The notes under the pieces: generated by a model
Databases searched by the model: none
Told to the model about the DNA's origin: nothing
The model's input: the letters and a program-made list of their open reading frames with translations, nothing else
Translations under genes and position numbers: made by a program
Shown: positions 39,801 to 44,814 of the stretch, piece after piece
How the letters are laid out: each line of letters starts with the position of its first letter
Numbering within the stretch: the first letter of the stretch is position 1
Source of the DNA: Gammaproteobacteria bacterium
GTDB taxonomy: Bacteria > Pseudomonadota > Gammaproteobacteria > S012-40
Reading direction: 5' to 3'
Length of the DNA stretch: 64,000 nt
NCBI GenBank assembly: GCA_029883265.1
Contig: JAOUJM010000001.1
Span: forward strand, 10,511-74,510

Positions 39801-41001
39801 CACCAAACTCATTCATGGTGTAGTGTGAAACAAAAATGCTTTTGGAATAACCACGGCTGAAATCGCTCGTGGTGTTATCCTCGATCCATGCGGCAACACC
39901 AGAACCATTTGCACTCATAGCGACATGAGGATTGATCGCTGCGTATTGAGTGGTTTGGGGTAGTGTTTGCAAGGTTCCCGTAGACACAACTCGTTCACCC
40001 GGATAGGTGTAACGTGTCTCATTCCCCAACACATCGCTTACCGTTTGTAACTGACCGGCTGCATTATAGGTAAAAGAAATACTAACCCCATCACCACTGG
40101 TAATGTTACTGATTAAATGGCTCACATCATCCCGATAGGTATAAGTCGTTACATAACGTTGGCCATTAATCGTAGAATTGGTTGTACCGCTAATAGCACT
40201 GATGAGCGAATCGGGTGATAAATCAACAATCACCTGAGTTAAACGATTCAATGCATCATAAGTGTAATGGGTGCGTGCACGGGATTCGACAGCTTGAGTT
40301 TTAGTATCTCGAACCGTACTGGCGATTTTTGTTAAATTTCCTTTAGGGTCATAAACAAGATTAACTGTTTCGACAATACCTTCTGCTTGTAGTAGTTCAA
40401 TTTTTGAAACAAATTGACTGGGCGTGGATCCCCCACCGTAATTATATTTAATTTCATTCTGATCAGAATCAACAACACGACTAACACCCCAAATCGCGCT
40501 ACCATCTGTTGCGGTACCAATTTGCGTATATTCTTCGGTAAAGCTTGAGTTGCCATCCCAAAATGTCCAGTTAGTACCATCAAAAGTTAATATATCATGA
40601 GCGCCATCACCGTCAGTGCTAATGTAATGGTTGTTGGCTTGATCATAAGTAAAGAGTGCTTCAAATCCATCCTTATACGATTTGATCACACTGGAACCAT
40701 CTTGGTTGACCGTTCCCGACAAGCTATGAACACGACGATTTACTCCTAGTCGCCAGTTATCACCATTGTCATCATTTTTCTGACCCAGACTGTTATAAGT
40801 ACGAACCAGATTGAAATCGAGTCCCAAACCAGAGATAAATTCATCCTGGGCTTGCACCACCAAATTACCCGTTTGGGTATTCACATAAACATTGTCGCCA
40901 TTGCGGCCCAATCGAGCTTTGCCTTGGCCGGCATCATTGCCGATGAGATTAAGTGAGGTGTTGTATAAACCCAGTCCTTCACCATTGGTTATCGCAACCA
41001 T
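21847..41001 (-). CDS. Giant RHS/YD-repeat polymorphic toxin (6,384 aa) with a C-terminal class-3-lipase-like (GHSLGGGIA) toxin domain
   Basis: Single uninterrupted 19,155-nt ORF. N-terminus GRNGDNVYVN…LVRTYNS (RHS N-terminal motif). About 16 W-containing Asp-box-like repeats (S-x-D-G-x-x-W-T) in two groups. Dozens of YD repeats (YxYDxxGNL/R). Five LysM-like segments (Y-x-V-x-x-GDTL-x-x-IA). A Gly-rich hydrophobic segment (FWMNVASVVISIAAFIVFG…). Then the IRR-encoded VSVQNSAP and a GHSLGG serine-hydrolase domain. RBS GGAGA at 41007-41011. Confidence 0.9.
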   Translation of the reverse strand: MVAITNGEGLGLYNTSLNLIGNDAGQGKARLGRNGDNVYVNTQTGNLVVQAQDEFISGLGLDFNLVRTYNSLGQKNDDNGDNWRLGVNRRVHSLSGTVNQDGSSVIKSYKDGFEALFTYDQANNHYISTDGDGAHDILTFDGTNWTFWDGNSSFTEEYTQIGTATDGSAIWGVSRVVDSDQNEIKYNYGGGSTPSQFVSKIELLQAEGIVETVNLVYDPKGNLTKIASTVRDTKTQAVESRARTHYTYDALNRLTQVIVDLSPDSLISAISGTTNSTINGQRYVTTYTYRDDVSHLISNITSGDGVSISFTYNAAGQLQTVSDVLGNETRYTYPGERVVSTGTLQTLPQTTQYAAINPHVAMSANGSGVAAWIEDNTTSDFSRGYSKSIFVSHYTMNEFGGSWGEPKSITVGAEPAIGQTTPTVTFYDLKVAIDDAGNAMIAWQENDGAELTSSNYYLMTRFYDAATQTWQSEQQHTIQNMAANYDSKRLFELKTGGTGAFYLMYNQDSPSPEYNDIVLDRFVAGSGWTGAQFINDRLYGTTFNLYPVLDVTESGNASVAWSRGNLVKVTDYIAGVGVQPTQNQFITNTYANIAHDSDTVGNRLMVWYNAGVLGTSYYDAMSDTTTTENIDSVLTSSTYRNKDLKLLNQGEGNWVLFWKDNQEVFSKRFDSATGWSTTTSVATQQSFTSHYLYFDYEVHQDDQGRMALVWREQNGPSTLFVRYSLDGANWTSPSQVAASDSSIYGPYLSVNELGFGLLSWSEIVSGEFVNKSINLDLNKVASAIALPEQLQTTKIVYAGDFYPGWLSNAEHAVATNTVYSTSAQAEESIDVASNTSGQGVAVWIDNDVLADQSIAQSKSLYISRYQQSGTNVNWQAAITLVDGQAMSTRMEAPQVLIDDAGNITVAYYEMNLANTSGNLMVMFYDASTNSWSAPTVKAPVSFPEWKPFQLHQGHNGDVYLVWTEGNTSTNPQPIKADRYVLGSGWIGETYLGGTYNADFNATVLPDGGLEVVWEISRAVRTMRYSVATGWAASQKLSIPGFGVLDGGNNIKLESDGLGNRLMVFVQASSPKINLWYSEGGAAWSTGFVVDTISSTLYNTNINPEIFKLDGDQWLVTWKNGGNLYTRVFDSVNGLSDTKLLGATSRGNSNYFDYRIEQDKQGRIVALWEDGASGAAVVKSRYYVPGRGWSDEVAQDGVGTGNKVLVDLSLDEQGQAFYLWNDWSSVGGGLIENNLSSHTFNFFSPTYQEFTLPPFHTVSASDTWENIAFAIYGDEQLAVSLQEYFASQGVTSLVEGMDLIMPLNFYYVKNETTSTRTMVEDLTRNTQTNYFLDEQNRLHEFYDQNQNRMVYGYDEDGRSSDNITSITDQNGNITRFAYDDQGNRTSMIDSEGVRVDYEYNDVNQIISETRYRVNDPDGADINNTGTGGVGASDAQSSFYIYDAEQHLVFTVSSEGVVNEYVYDTQGRQISQILYKGHIDTSALDPATPISATLLNQAPYNSVVNVGNILQRSDTTYDFRGNISTVTTFDSINPTTGAGVTTTASTTHFVYDAQGILIETIEAQAAATGETRDFITTFTYDGLGRLLASNKPLNHTTTYFYDDVGNQIVRTDANELQTTTVYDSHGYAISQSQQDGQLNPLGTIEYKYDSSGNLRLTIDQTGNYSQNYYDATNRLVATVDKEGGLTETVYDDAGRVIKTIEYSTPVLQSIVNYPYVAGSNFYELSAIKPNSSPSDRINYFIYDDADRLVMQLTPYDNDVTRVAVTQHFYDGSNQLTHSIAYANPFVITGMPNNPRAEYFLDSTTGTYVNEDANNDRRTRFFYNNDGQLVATLDAEGYLTETEYNAAGQVVKTSAYANRSTANLASASLQQLKDAIVRNLAKDQYSYNFYNAKGQLIANHDAEGYLSTFSYDLNGNETESIRYNNKALIISAKGIPADGTYPIMEVRVDGVLVDSIVVDSENFKDYQINALFDQRDTYTIDLTFVNNDLTSRDLQIQSITTGEHQQVVATPDTYSVSVAHGLIQKRLAHVNDKTIVKTYTELNQMETVTNSVDGLVTSYAYDDVGNLIRQTDSYLNALLEFADLDVSLAPENGYTVQSGDTWESIVRSVYHTANANAFVAFAELMGAASPTVGEMLNLPGRFSYTHNQRSSLLRYDIQGRLIGEQLNAQGIAKLDTLINPSESELDLLWEIYGVTHTYNEQGLRTSTKDQNDHRTWFYYDDNGRLRFTAQDVSGTLDESGKVLSNVAEVNELSYNQFGEVKETVAYSTRITNSNTLTGGLVTPSFLDRLSGNTMVDSRTQSSYNLRGAIWRAINGEGQRTEYAYNAFGQISSSVQQQDPTLIPVSQALTGQTSRSDTYVYDRRGLSTSTLKDVSVAGHTGLEIETKRTYDAFGRVIQSTDGNSNITQFGYDRLGRQVQTRNALDVSRSQTYDAFGRVLTMTDAFLNVTTYAYDDATHTLTVTTPELIQTQTITDRNGQTIKIIDGNQSAANSNDGTEYHYDTNGKLVKVVDMLNNTITSEYDKAGRLTHTVDKNGVYSKFEYDAANRVMTRTVDPMTIHTTGDNETGLNIQTQYVFDGLGRKVTTIDANGVHTDTEYDRAGNVLAVVVDAVNGGLNLRTEYTYDAEGRQLTVTEGANSTQARETQYIYDHLGRRTDTIVDPGGLNITTKYYYDAADNMVRKVEGYRRVDVSGLSGSLTLNYAFDDQTLTSSYYVMWSNVTSLATDRILLKENGTTVYDSPADSDFGRYRRGRSGFTYELVLLRNGLELSVATVLPFTPALGAFSETSEVAFATDLSAEDTSHSMRYVYDDVNRLRYSIKNADVLDFEYMELDPIPTGQLAVVVESVYNDRGDKVKTIQYALPISTTTLDDHSTEADILSLVSASADLAKDIVDYSVFDDDGRLTVTVNAVGNYTVYEYDDNGNVIRQSRLANSVSTTDLATINSTNTELLAQTILQKRPDVIANDQGDHFAYDKLNRLRYSVDAMGYVNEKRYDASGQVILSMRYASKETTFADYKEATIRGNLAGNSSTDQINHYFYDNAGRKIYSIDALGYVNQTSYDALGQAIVASRFYQALTINSYQDSTPTAAEWNTYLETRINTLNRQVVDVTETTPLVTATSGKDRVSFQQYDAAGRVSFSVDAEGYVTGREYTGDLLSRVTQYANQLQVVNDTTAEGFPESGVATLATQRFDVRNEGDIQLLVSGTNLLYRNSDTTSGDRSTRYVYDDAGRLYQEILENVSYTTHSTDENGDLVTEYGYDAFGNTTSIVKRLNISGDELQRTTQEFSQRGLLTRRTVYLEAASVVANLDTAHPQTQMAYSSEFGYDAFGNQTKIIDPRGIELTETDSDWADNERKLILGLTATTNLSYIQLTQDQKDTLLNYYSTYQTFDQLNRKTASVIKEGAGSTVNIFELKKTDYDAFGNITKITEPYDTISYFYYDKLDRNTLVVDPERYVTTKAYDGMGNLTGTMQYATAIAAAHTVDDNTTESQILETFLEINTDKDQKTLLNYDQLNRKTELTNAESVKEKYDYDAFGNQIGKLLGHQPITNVLDPDYQRSLGYQYHYNYDRKGNLTSEYLPIANKGGISDRESIEVGMDGRFLLPFIDFETTGFERQTNEFSYDAFGNRRISREAAGMEEERSRSYTYNKLNLLVKTENHRIKLSAGDSVGITTTIEQKYNVVGNLVREIDANLNITQHYYDNLGRRIATHDAEGFLKTFAYDSVSNIIEERKYRDTATFADSIYKFTVSNVYMQLTHRYDAFNQIVETKLPAEHRYEKDRMVPIGDPGDDQFIKEENYVSETVIRKYYDHKGRLVREVDGNENSIFHYYDKKGNKRVTVDALRYATQWNYDAFNNAIREEKASIRLRDVVDENTSLLEVLEKFETNGYEDRIVQVNLEEGYFYPYFWQVGDGMPSVMYVKINLPTLKQGDYYVIRAARADGTYHTTFPTTTILTKGTIPLRSYNTGEIKEFVITLISNSDSFEIARVDTNLMLGSQGWHSGYSAFDVNRLKISDVDYVGGVWSASLLREGETTATPVDVMVNENGEAFFDVGNISGRATVSYILQDNDRVIKSGSINLSNVNVATNGGYNFVIESVDLRDNQYSDSRIKNYSFDKLNRLKTDSLENFQTYSFSNGNMQSGVLEDSVTAYVYDVMGNITTIVDAESNTTNYSFDVLGRLLTKKSGLKSTKNIYDAHGNVIEARNIASEKDSESRNIPLNGAPSLANLDQIQKFSYGVDGRLLEDWDANFNANVSEEYGANNKYTYDAVGNVRTQSLNRHDADGNLFTDIAEYIYDRLNRNIVSGKRTEKNSSVYAYFENKYTEYNGYEKAAFQGAYERNTLQLSRPEANKARQVFFEYDSNGNLIKTNSDGVVKEYAYDRNGNATKEILPSITDNNAPSVYRSSVYNERNELVHIYEPSHTQSISQTLYQTLSDRKVDIEVTPYGGLHLRVHDAVGKDWAETWWDAVDPNVDSIKNSYGEGSLVLEFNPNNEEEKIITYGSGGKDAHYRTPKGHDIGSRTYSATIKKNGYTIASVSGSFRDVDGQNNYVAVDQYYGRDIILKNVPKSLGTLTVEIRRVGETEWVTVEHFDTPSGFNPSWQTWNFGDAGLEGQFELKYEYHYDNEATNPDLTPHTGKVILNLSNNPSVEPGSHLRLDGNAFSSDDGDNSIEARVTSFPFMDSSLSWYYIRDVYLENVDPAQGTLSATIRQSGGETYKEIIFRTITDSTRQRYSVPRSYSGDYVINYTYKPNDPNAKVLQGQLSIDLTGEASLYSHRRVNSSDNSDPDQFVQIHKSHYYNAFGEIVQEKDGKDIYTYFEYDKMGNLIRKSNPRKDPIRNSYYSRLQTIQDANAIYYYDKLGNVTGITDARNNLKRFSYDQNGLKQEFNPDGGGMTYVYDGFGNVIEKRQKLTADSDRVTKYQFDHNNQITYVTKEKHNVIKYVLGSFGGITEETSNIYDNVEKYEYDENGNRIAHINLVDTSLDLTDPDTNSHDEILHDQGGGRERTYFDALGRVVKHVSYGDKVTRYDYNYLTFNGQEGGFSKTTYSGNLYIVRSGDTLESIARQLLRVSEVANRIGSDNGVVDETLVVGNTLTVYLYGRREKLNYIVQTGDTLASIAYSLLNVEDMSNSIGQANNITDADLKAGLQIIIPHYETRAITDQYDYFNKLVYHRDLGNRSYRYFYDARGQLRYQIGNTDPGASIIATDAAWNNIDTQLHGFTYDYMDLYRYSLNNFMTNHSDYDQVIEFDYNDNGSLKAKVDYGFNGGNDGVRLVSRYGYDNNGNKTYEAVYEEGANADIGKDYQYTIAIYDDYNRVVEINDPFFNITYDYDEMGNRIHVVSKYHGGIDLNAHRGADYREATGDFVQEHWYDYDSMNRFRITQGRLDVGGSGNVEIAENKGYEVLYNLAGERIGVNYIRANTTMIERYGYTKNGILETVEHGKIVDNVEDKNLVSRRLLDALGRTSSSHLYDPDIETVVTTIPPQSVQQYDYSYDLDSRISRIEYRKRVENSEDQFLYLQEQSTIHNDYTYREIDRLDLAEKNVSYQVKSIEEQKNFRNSYFYSYWDSAKKSVGRSDVNSRGFVDGYSHLYYDQNGHLMRMDDSNSPLHGTKYERRVEFTVDADGRIIMRNEIDNTNYDVNRYFYLNGRGIGEVSNRGAGETDYTQILAQSRLSNKEIADNEKRGKNRVISADFDQNYQAISANYPANTASEYLVVQGDTLETIAGKVWGDASLWYVIANANNITNIDLTPGISIIIPNVVTNIHNNADTFKPYSPGEIIGSTDPSMPARNQPSKSEIFWMNVASVVISIAAFIVFGPQGAIIAAGMTSYAIQKYMKNVGYIDEIDEEEIVKSMTIAAIISQIPGLNQTGGGVVKGALQGAGRALISTGLSMAMESTEQRKKYNSQAGNLFANVAVGALVGGVTSSLPSNVGKVDGWGFAGVAGDAIRGALTGVGRIAVNSMTLKDYRPDWRTVAVEALSSAASGYISAEQSTKKFDNKLDELKINDHRQRQAIKKHYTKSIRKGVSGEDAWKSALGELPLFGGIQPGRNLIRNGGKTYNGYGQVSVQNSAPGKIPYRQSSDAVETKPILTFKNGQLVDENGTLYNSQLASAAPIRLDFSGSLDWYENAMVSDDVYQEYTGKEPKKVTEDIYRMGRDFIDVLDMKPENFVDKKSGYQGALYFNYRTSEFIFANRGTDTKLGRHEAVKDAVASIAQGSDFNSTQYEFGINLAIDLQIALGSSPLTFTGHSLGGGIASAQAGRLKSSAVTFNAAGLSDGTIERYGMDRNHLKKNVYAFYTPGEILSTLQASPVVDSVLNQWGTVPKNLLAAVMALNDVSYGRDIGWHRFGPGQMPEAAGTRIAVPAVNEAKQPLPWQSYLDPVDLHDMQYFINAFK
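22817..22839 (+). repeat. IS66 right terminal inverted repeat (copy 2), translated on the minus strand as VSVQNSAP inside the giant ORF
   Basis: GGGGCAGAGTTTTGGACGCTTAC, directly followed by the TSD. Confidence 0.75.
22840..22847 (+). repeat. 8-bp target-site duplication CTGGCCAT (right copy)
   Basis: Matches 18725-18732 exactly. On the minus strand it encodes (Y)GQ of the giant protein. Confidence 0.85.
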
Positions 41002-41006
41002 GAGAG

Positions 41007-41011
41007 TCTCC
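41007..41011 (-). promoter_or_regulatory. Shine-Dalgarno sequence (GGAGA) of the giant rhs gene
   Basis: GGAGACTCTC precedes the ATG (41001..40999) on the minus strand. Confidence 0.5.
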
Positions 41012-41063
41012 CTAGAATCAGTACTTATAATTTATCGTCTACAAGTTATATCCAGGGTTTAAT

Positions 41064-41514
41064 GAAGATGTTCAGTCGGATTGCACAAAAAAATGTTTGT
41101 TTGACTATTCTTTATACGATTTTAATTTTTTAGTCTATTTTTGCCTAGCCATATGAGATGTCATGTCAATTTAAAGCGCTGAAGATCAAGCTTTTTCAAA
41201 AAAACTCATAACGCTCTGAATGATTTTTTCCGGTGTATCAAGATTGTCTCCTGCTGCGAGAATAGTTTTACATAGGAGTACGAGCGGAGAATTTGGCTGC
41301 ATGGCTTCCGCTTTTAGCAATACTTCGCTGGCTTGATTGTCATTGCCTTCAAACAATGCCACCAAAGCCAAACTTGCGAGTGTTTCCGCACTTTGTCCAT
41401 CAAGTATTAATGCTTGCTGCAAGTTGCTTTTTGCTACTGGGATTTGATTACTGGCTATTTGCGCCCAGGCCAATGCAACCAGGTTCGCAGTGTCGTTTGG
41501 CATGAGGTTTGTGG
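41064..41514. repeat. ~450-bp direct repeat, left copy (duplicate of the 3' end of TPR gene 47101..48189 plus its downstream region)
   Basis: About 98% identical to 46980-47429. Similarity begins at AGATGTT(C/T)AGTCGGATTGCAC and ends at CATGAGGTTTGTGG. It contains the region immediately upstream of the giant gene start. Confidence 0.8.
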
Positions 41515-41545
41515 GTTGAGCTGAGCTAAAAAACAAGTCGATCAT
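41186..41545 (-). pseudogene. Truncated copy of the TPR protein C-terminus (110 aa nearly identical to the end of 47101..48189)
   Basis: ORF MIDLFFSSAQPTNLMPNDTANLVALAWAQIASNQIPVAK… matches …NLMPNDTANLVALAWAQIASNQISVAK… of the full gene. The N-terminal 9 aa come from unrelated flanking DNA. Confidence 0.7.
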
Positions 41546-41877
41546 CCACCATAGATTATGAGCATAAAGCCCTTGACGAACGTATACTGTACTTGATTTG
41601 TTTTCGAGTAATGCATTGTTTTCAGTTGCAAGCTTGATTAGAAAATCACCTTCATCACCGAGTGTGCCTACTCATACATTTTCGTCTGAGAAAATATTTG
41701 GTAGGTGTAGTAATTGGAATAAGCATTCAACGATGTCTCAATATCGTAGAAGGACAATAAACTCCCATTTTCCACACTCAAGCGCACAACGAATTCTCTG
41801 TCACTACCCGCGCTCATAGTCAGTGAAACTGATAGCCCATAAATTATCTGAGTGCGACTTTAACATTGAAATACTCC

Positions 41878-42330
41878 TTAATGTGAATGACTCACCAAGA
41901 TCAACACTTTCATTTGATCATTGTTCACGGAAATTTCCAAACGATCAAAATTTAATTGTAATGGTGGGGAGTTTTGCACGGTTACATAGCTGTATCCGAC
42001 GTAGGTGGCAATTTCTTCTAACCTGTAGTGCCCACTTAGATAAGCTTGGGGCATGGCTTCACTGCGAGTGCTCGTATTTTTTTCATAGTACGCGATTGGT
42101 TTGGGGGGCGTTTGTCTTTGAGGCTTGGGGATATCTTTCAACGAAAAGATCGGGTTGAATGTTCGATTGCATTTCTTCAACAAATTCGCGAAGTGCTTTT
42201 TTAGCTAGTTTTCTGGACGAATGAGCCTTTGACGACGCGCTAACAAACTTATTGATAGTGTATATTTGGATTGCAAGTGCCGGGGCTTCAACTATGACTC
42301 ATTTCCGGACAACTTAAATCAGAAATGGTG
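41878..42330 (-). pseudogene. Degenerate HTH/transposase-like remnant (frameshifted)
   Basis: There are two adjacent frames. One reads …SSKAHSSRKLAKKALREFVEEMQSNIQPDLF… and the other reads MLKKCNRTFNPIFSL…YRLEEIATYVGYSYVTV… (IS3-OrfA-like RTF-P-F motif plus an HTH). There is no intact ORF, so the assignment is weak. Confidence 0.3.
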
Positions 42331-42369
42331 TTGCAGCAGGATTTCCCACATTTTCCCTTGCCAACGGTA

Positions 42370-43845
42370 TTAGAAGCTTATCAATACTCCCATCTTCATC
42401 GATGATAGGCTGATTTGTCGTAATTTATGAAAGTGAGTATTTTTCAATTCAAGTTGGGGCAGATGATGCTGGTATCGTATAAAAATATTCATCGCAGATT
42501 GACTAAGGACTGGATACTGAATTCCCATAAGCGCAAACCAAGCGTTATGTATTTTCTCTTGCACTTGCATAGTCCCTTTTTGGGCCAGATAACTTTTTGC
42601 CTGAGAGTCGATTGTATTCCTGTTTAGAGAGTACCCCGAACCAATATTAAAGCCAATTTTGCGAAATGGTCTTATATCAAACATCACATAAAATGGGATG
42701 CTAGTAAATGTGCCACGACTCAACTCGCCTACTTGATTACTGCCCTGCTCATATGCCATACCTATAGTTAATTTTTGATAACCAAATTCCAGTTGCGGGT
42801 CGAAATGATTCTTTCGGTTTTTAGCATATAACGAATAGGCTATGCCAAACTTTGCATTTAGTGTTGAAATATTTCTTCGTTTCGTTATAAAACGGGAAGT
42901 ATGCATGGAAGTATGTGCAGAAATACCCAATAACACAATAGAGTTGCGTGCAGAAAATGTTTGGTCCAGTTTGGCGAGAAATGACAAATTAGGACTGCTT
43001 GTATCATATAAATACTGTGTTTGTTTTCCTTGGCTATCAATTTGCTCATATTGATACTGAACAAAGCCAAACAATCTTTGAGATAGAGGATAAGTGAGTG
43101 TAAAAGTATAGGCAATCATGCTGCCTTTAAGGCTTCCACGTGAAAGTTTTTTCCTTATTAAGTGATCGTCCTCATCCTTCAAGCGAAGTCGTGGTGCCTT
43201 AATCAAATTAAATTCGAAAATGAGTTGACGAAAAATACTTTCTACTGAAACACTCCAGTAAGGAATTTGCAAAAAAGTATTGTAGTGCAACACGGGACCA
43301 GAATGTGTATTAGCTGCGCGTGTGGAATCAGCATAAAATTGGTTTAGGTTACTGGCTACAAAATAGCGTTGACTGCTTCGATAACCTAGCGAAAATTTAT
43401 AAATCGTCTTAACTCCGCTGCTCCAGTGCTGAGTTTGTAAAGTTGAGACTCCTTTAACATTATTGGTTTTTTGGTTTAATACTAAATCACTTATTGAATA
43501 AACATCCGGTGTAGATATATTCCCCGATAACCAATCGCCATCTTTAAGTTGTCCACTTTTCTGTGTCGTACTTCGATTTGAGTTTAATTCGATCGATAAT
43601 CGATTACTTAATGCAGCTGCAATGGAAATTGAAGGGGATATGTTATTAATTGGAAAGTGCAATTCACTTACCGGGAAATGTAATTGAGCGTTTCTTTGCG
43701 CTAATTCCGTTTCCCCCCCAATACGATATTGATTATAGCCTTGGTAGAGACCTATTCCCGGCTGCAAAAAAAGTAGTTTAGCGCCAAAAACGCTTACCGC
43801 GTTCAACGTCAATCCCATGAAGATGATAATATTGCATGTGCGCAT
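42370..43845 (-). CDS. Putative outer-membrane beta-barrel protein
   Basis: 491 aa. N-terminal signal peptide. Alternating hydrophobic beta-strand pattern rich in Y/G/S/N. C-terminal …GVLISF ending in Phe. Confidence 0.5.
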   Translation of the reverse strand: MRTCNIIIFMGLTLNAVSVFGAKLLFLQPGIGLYQGYNQYRIGGETELAQRNAQLHFPVSELHFPINNISPSISIAAALSNRLSIELNSNRSTTQKSGQLKDGDWLSGNISTPDVYSISDLVLNQKTNNVKGVSTLQTQHWSSGVKTIYKFSLGYRSSQRYFVASNLNQFYADSTRAANTHSGPVLHYNTFLQIPYWSVSVESIFRQLIFEFNLIKAPRLRLKDEDDHLIRKKLSRGSLKGSMIAYTFTLTYPLSQRLFGFVQYQYEQIDSQGKQTQYLYDTSSPNLSFLAKLDQTFSARNSIVLLGISAHTSMHTSRFITKRRNISTLNAKFGIAYSLYAKNRKNHFDPQLEFGYQKLTIGMAYEQGSNQVGELSRGTFTSIPFYVMFDIRPFRKIGFNIGSGYSLNRNTIDSQAKSYLAQKGTMQVQEKIHNAWFALMGIQYPVLSQSAMNIFIRYQHHLPQLELKNTHFHKLRQISLSSMKMGVLISF

Positions 43846-43876
43846 TTTACAATAGCCGCAACCACACGATAAAATA

Positions 43877-44809
43877 CTAAATATCAGTTGTTTCTTGATA
43901 ATTAAGAAGATACGGAGTAATTGTTTGCTCGGTTCGGTTCAATAAATAAAAACCGTGTTGATCGACAAGCGCGCCTCTTAATAAAATTAAATCACCATCG
44001 GTAGAAACAGAATATGATTGTATAACTCCACTGTATTCAAAATTAGCTGGGACAAAATCCAATGAATCGACAGTTGTCGTTTTTGGCTGAACATCCAGAA
44101 TATGAAGATCATTATCGGTGATGCCATATAGTTGATCTAGCAAAGAGTTGTATTGCCGAGGTTTGAAGGAAATGCCTTGTTCCGTATAAAAAGACAACTG
44201 TAGATCCAAAATTACTAAGGAATCAGTTGTTGGATGATAGAGAAAAGCTTCTGCATCCGTTTTCCATACGAAGAATCCGTATTGATCACTACTTTCTACG
44301 ACTGTACCAAAATCGTTGACGATCTTAAAGCTGTTGGCCGTGGAAACTGCGATTAAGCTACCATCGGGTGAAGTGTCTAAATTAATAGGTGGTTCTTCCA
44401 GGAGCATTCGAGTTATCTCTACTCCTGAGGCATCGTAAGCAATCAGTCCGTATTCTTGAGTTAGGCGATTTTCCGTGACAAAGAAGGTTGTATTATTTGT
44501 TAAACGAGCTGCGTATAGTTCTGCAATCGAATCTGCTTTGTGATCGTTCAGTTGCATAATTTTCACAGGAGTTTGAATCGATGTTGCTGCTGTAAACACG
44601 GTTTTAGTGTTACTCACCTGGTTATGGGAAGACTGAGGCCCCCAGGTTTTTTGAAGATCCTCGAGAAACAGAACACTGTTATCTGTATCAAAACTCGCGG
44701 CAAAGTAAGAAATGTGTCTTGTTTCCGTTTCTGTCTCGTTTGGCAACAGATCACATCCTAATAAAGTCACGGCAATGTAAGCCGTGACAAATCTAAACAA
44801 TATTTTCAT
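43877..44809 (-). CDS. Lipoprotein, possibly beta-propeller-like
   Basis: 310 aa. Lipobox VTLLGC. Repeated D/S/G-rich strand segments. It is in an operon with the flanking genes (gaps of 5 and 31 bp). Confidence 0.45.
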   Translation of the reverse strand: MKILFRFVTAYIAVTLLGCDLLPNETETETRHISYFAASFDTDNSVLFLEDLQKTWGPQSSHNQVSNTKTVFTAATSIQTPVKIMQLNDHKADSIAELYAARLTNNTTFFVTENRLTQEYGLIAYDASGVEITRMLLEEPPINLDTSPDGSLIAVSTANSFKIVNDFGTVVESSDQYGFFVWKTDAEAFLYHPTTDSLVILDLQLSFYTEQGISFKPRQYNSLLDQLYGITDNDLHILDVQPKTTTVDSLDFVPANFEYSGVIQSYSVSTDGDLILLRGALVDQHGFYLLNRTEQTITPYLLNYQETTDI

Positions 44810-44814
44810 AAACC

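Noticed and set aside
21871-40583. Many 60-130-aa ORFs on both strands inside 21.8-41.0 kb, and 1302..1610, 2124..2363, 14320..14607 and others in the cassette array
   Set aside because: They overlap the long minus-strand genes in other frames (shadow ORFs), have no RBS and have low-complexity composition.
41598-42183. Plus-strand ORFs 41598..41819 and 41823..42158 as genes
   Set aside because: Low-complexity translations antisense to the HTH/transposase-like remnant, with no RBS.
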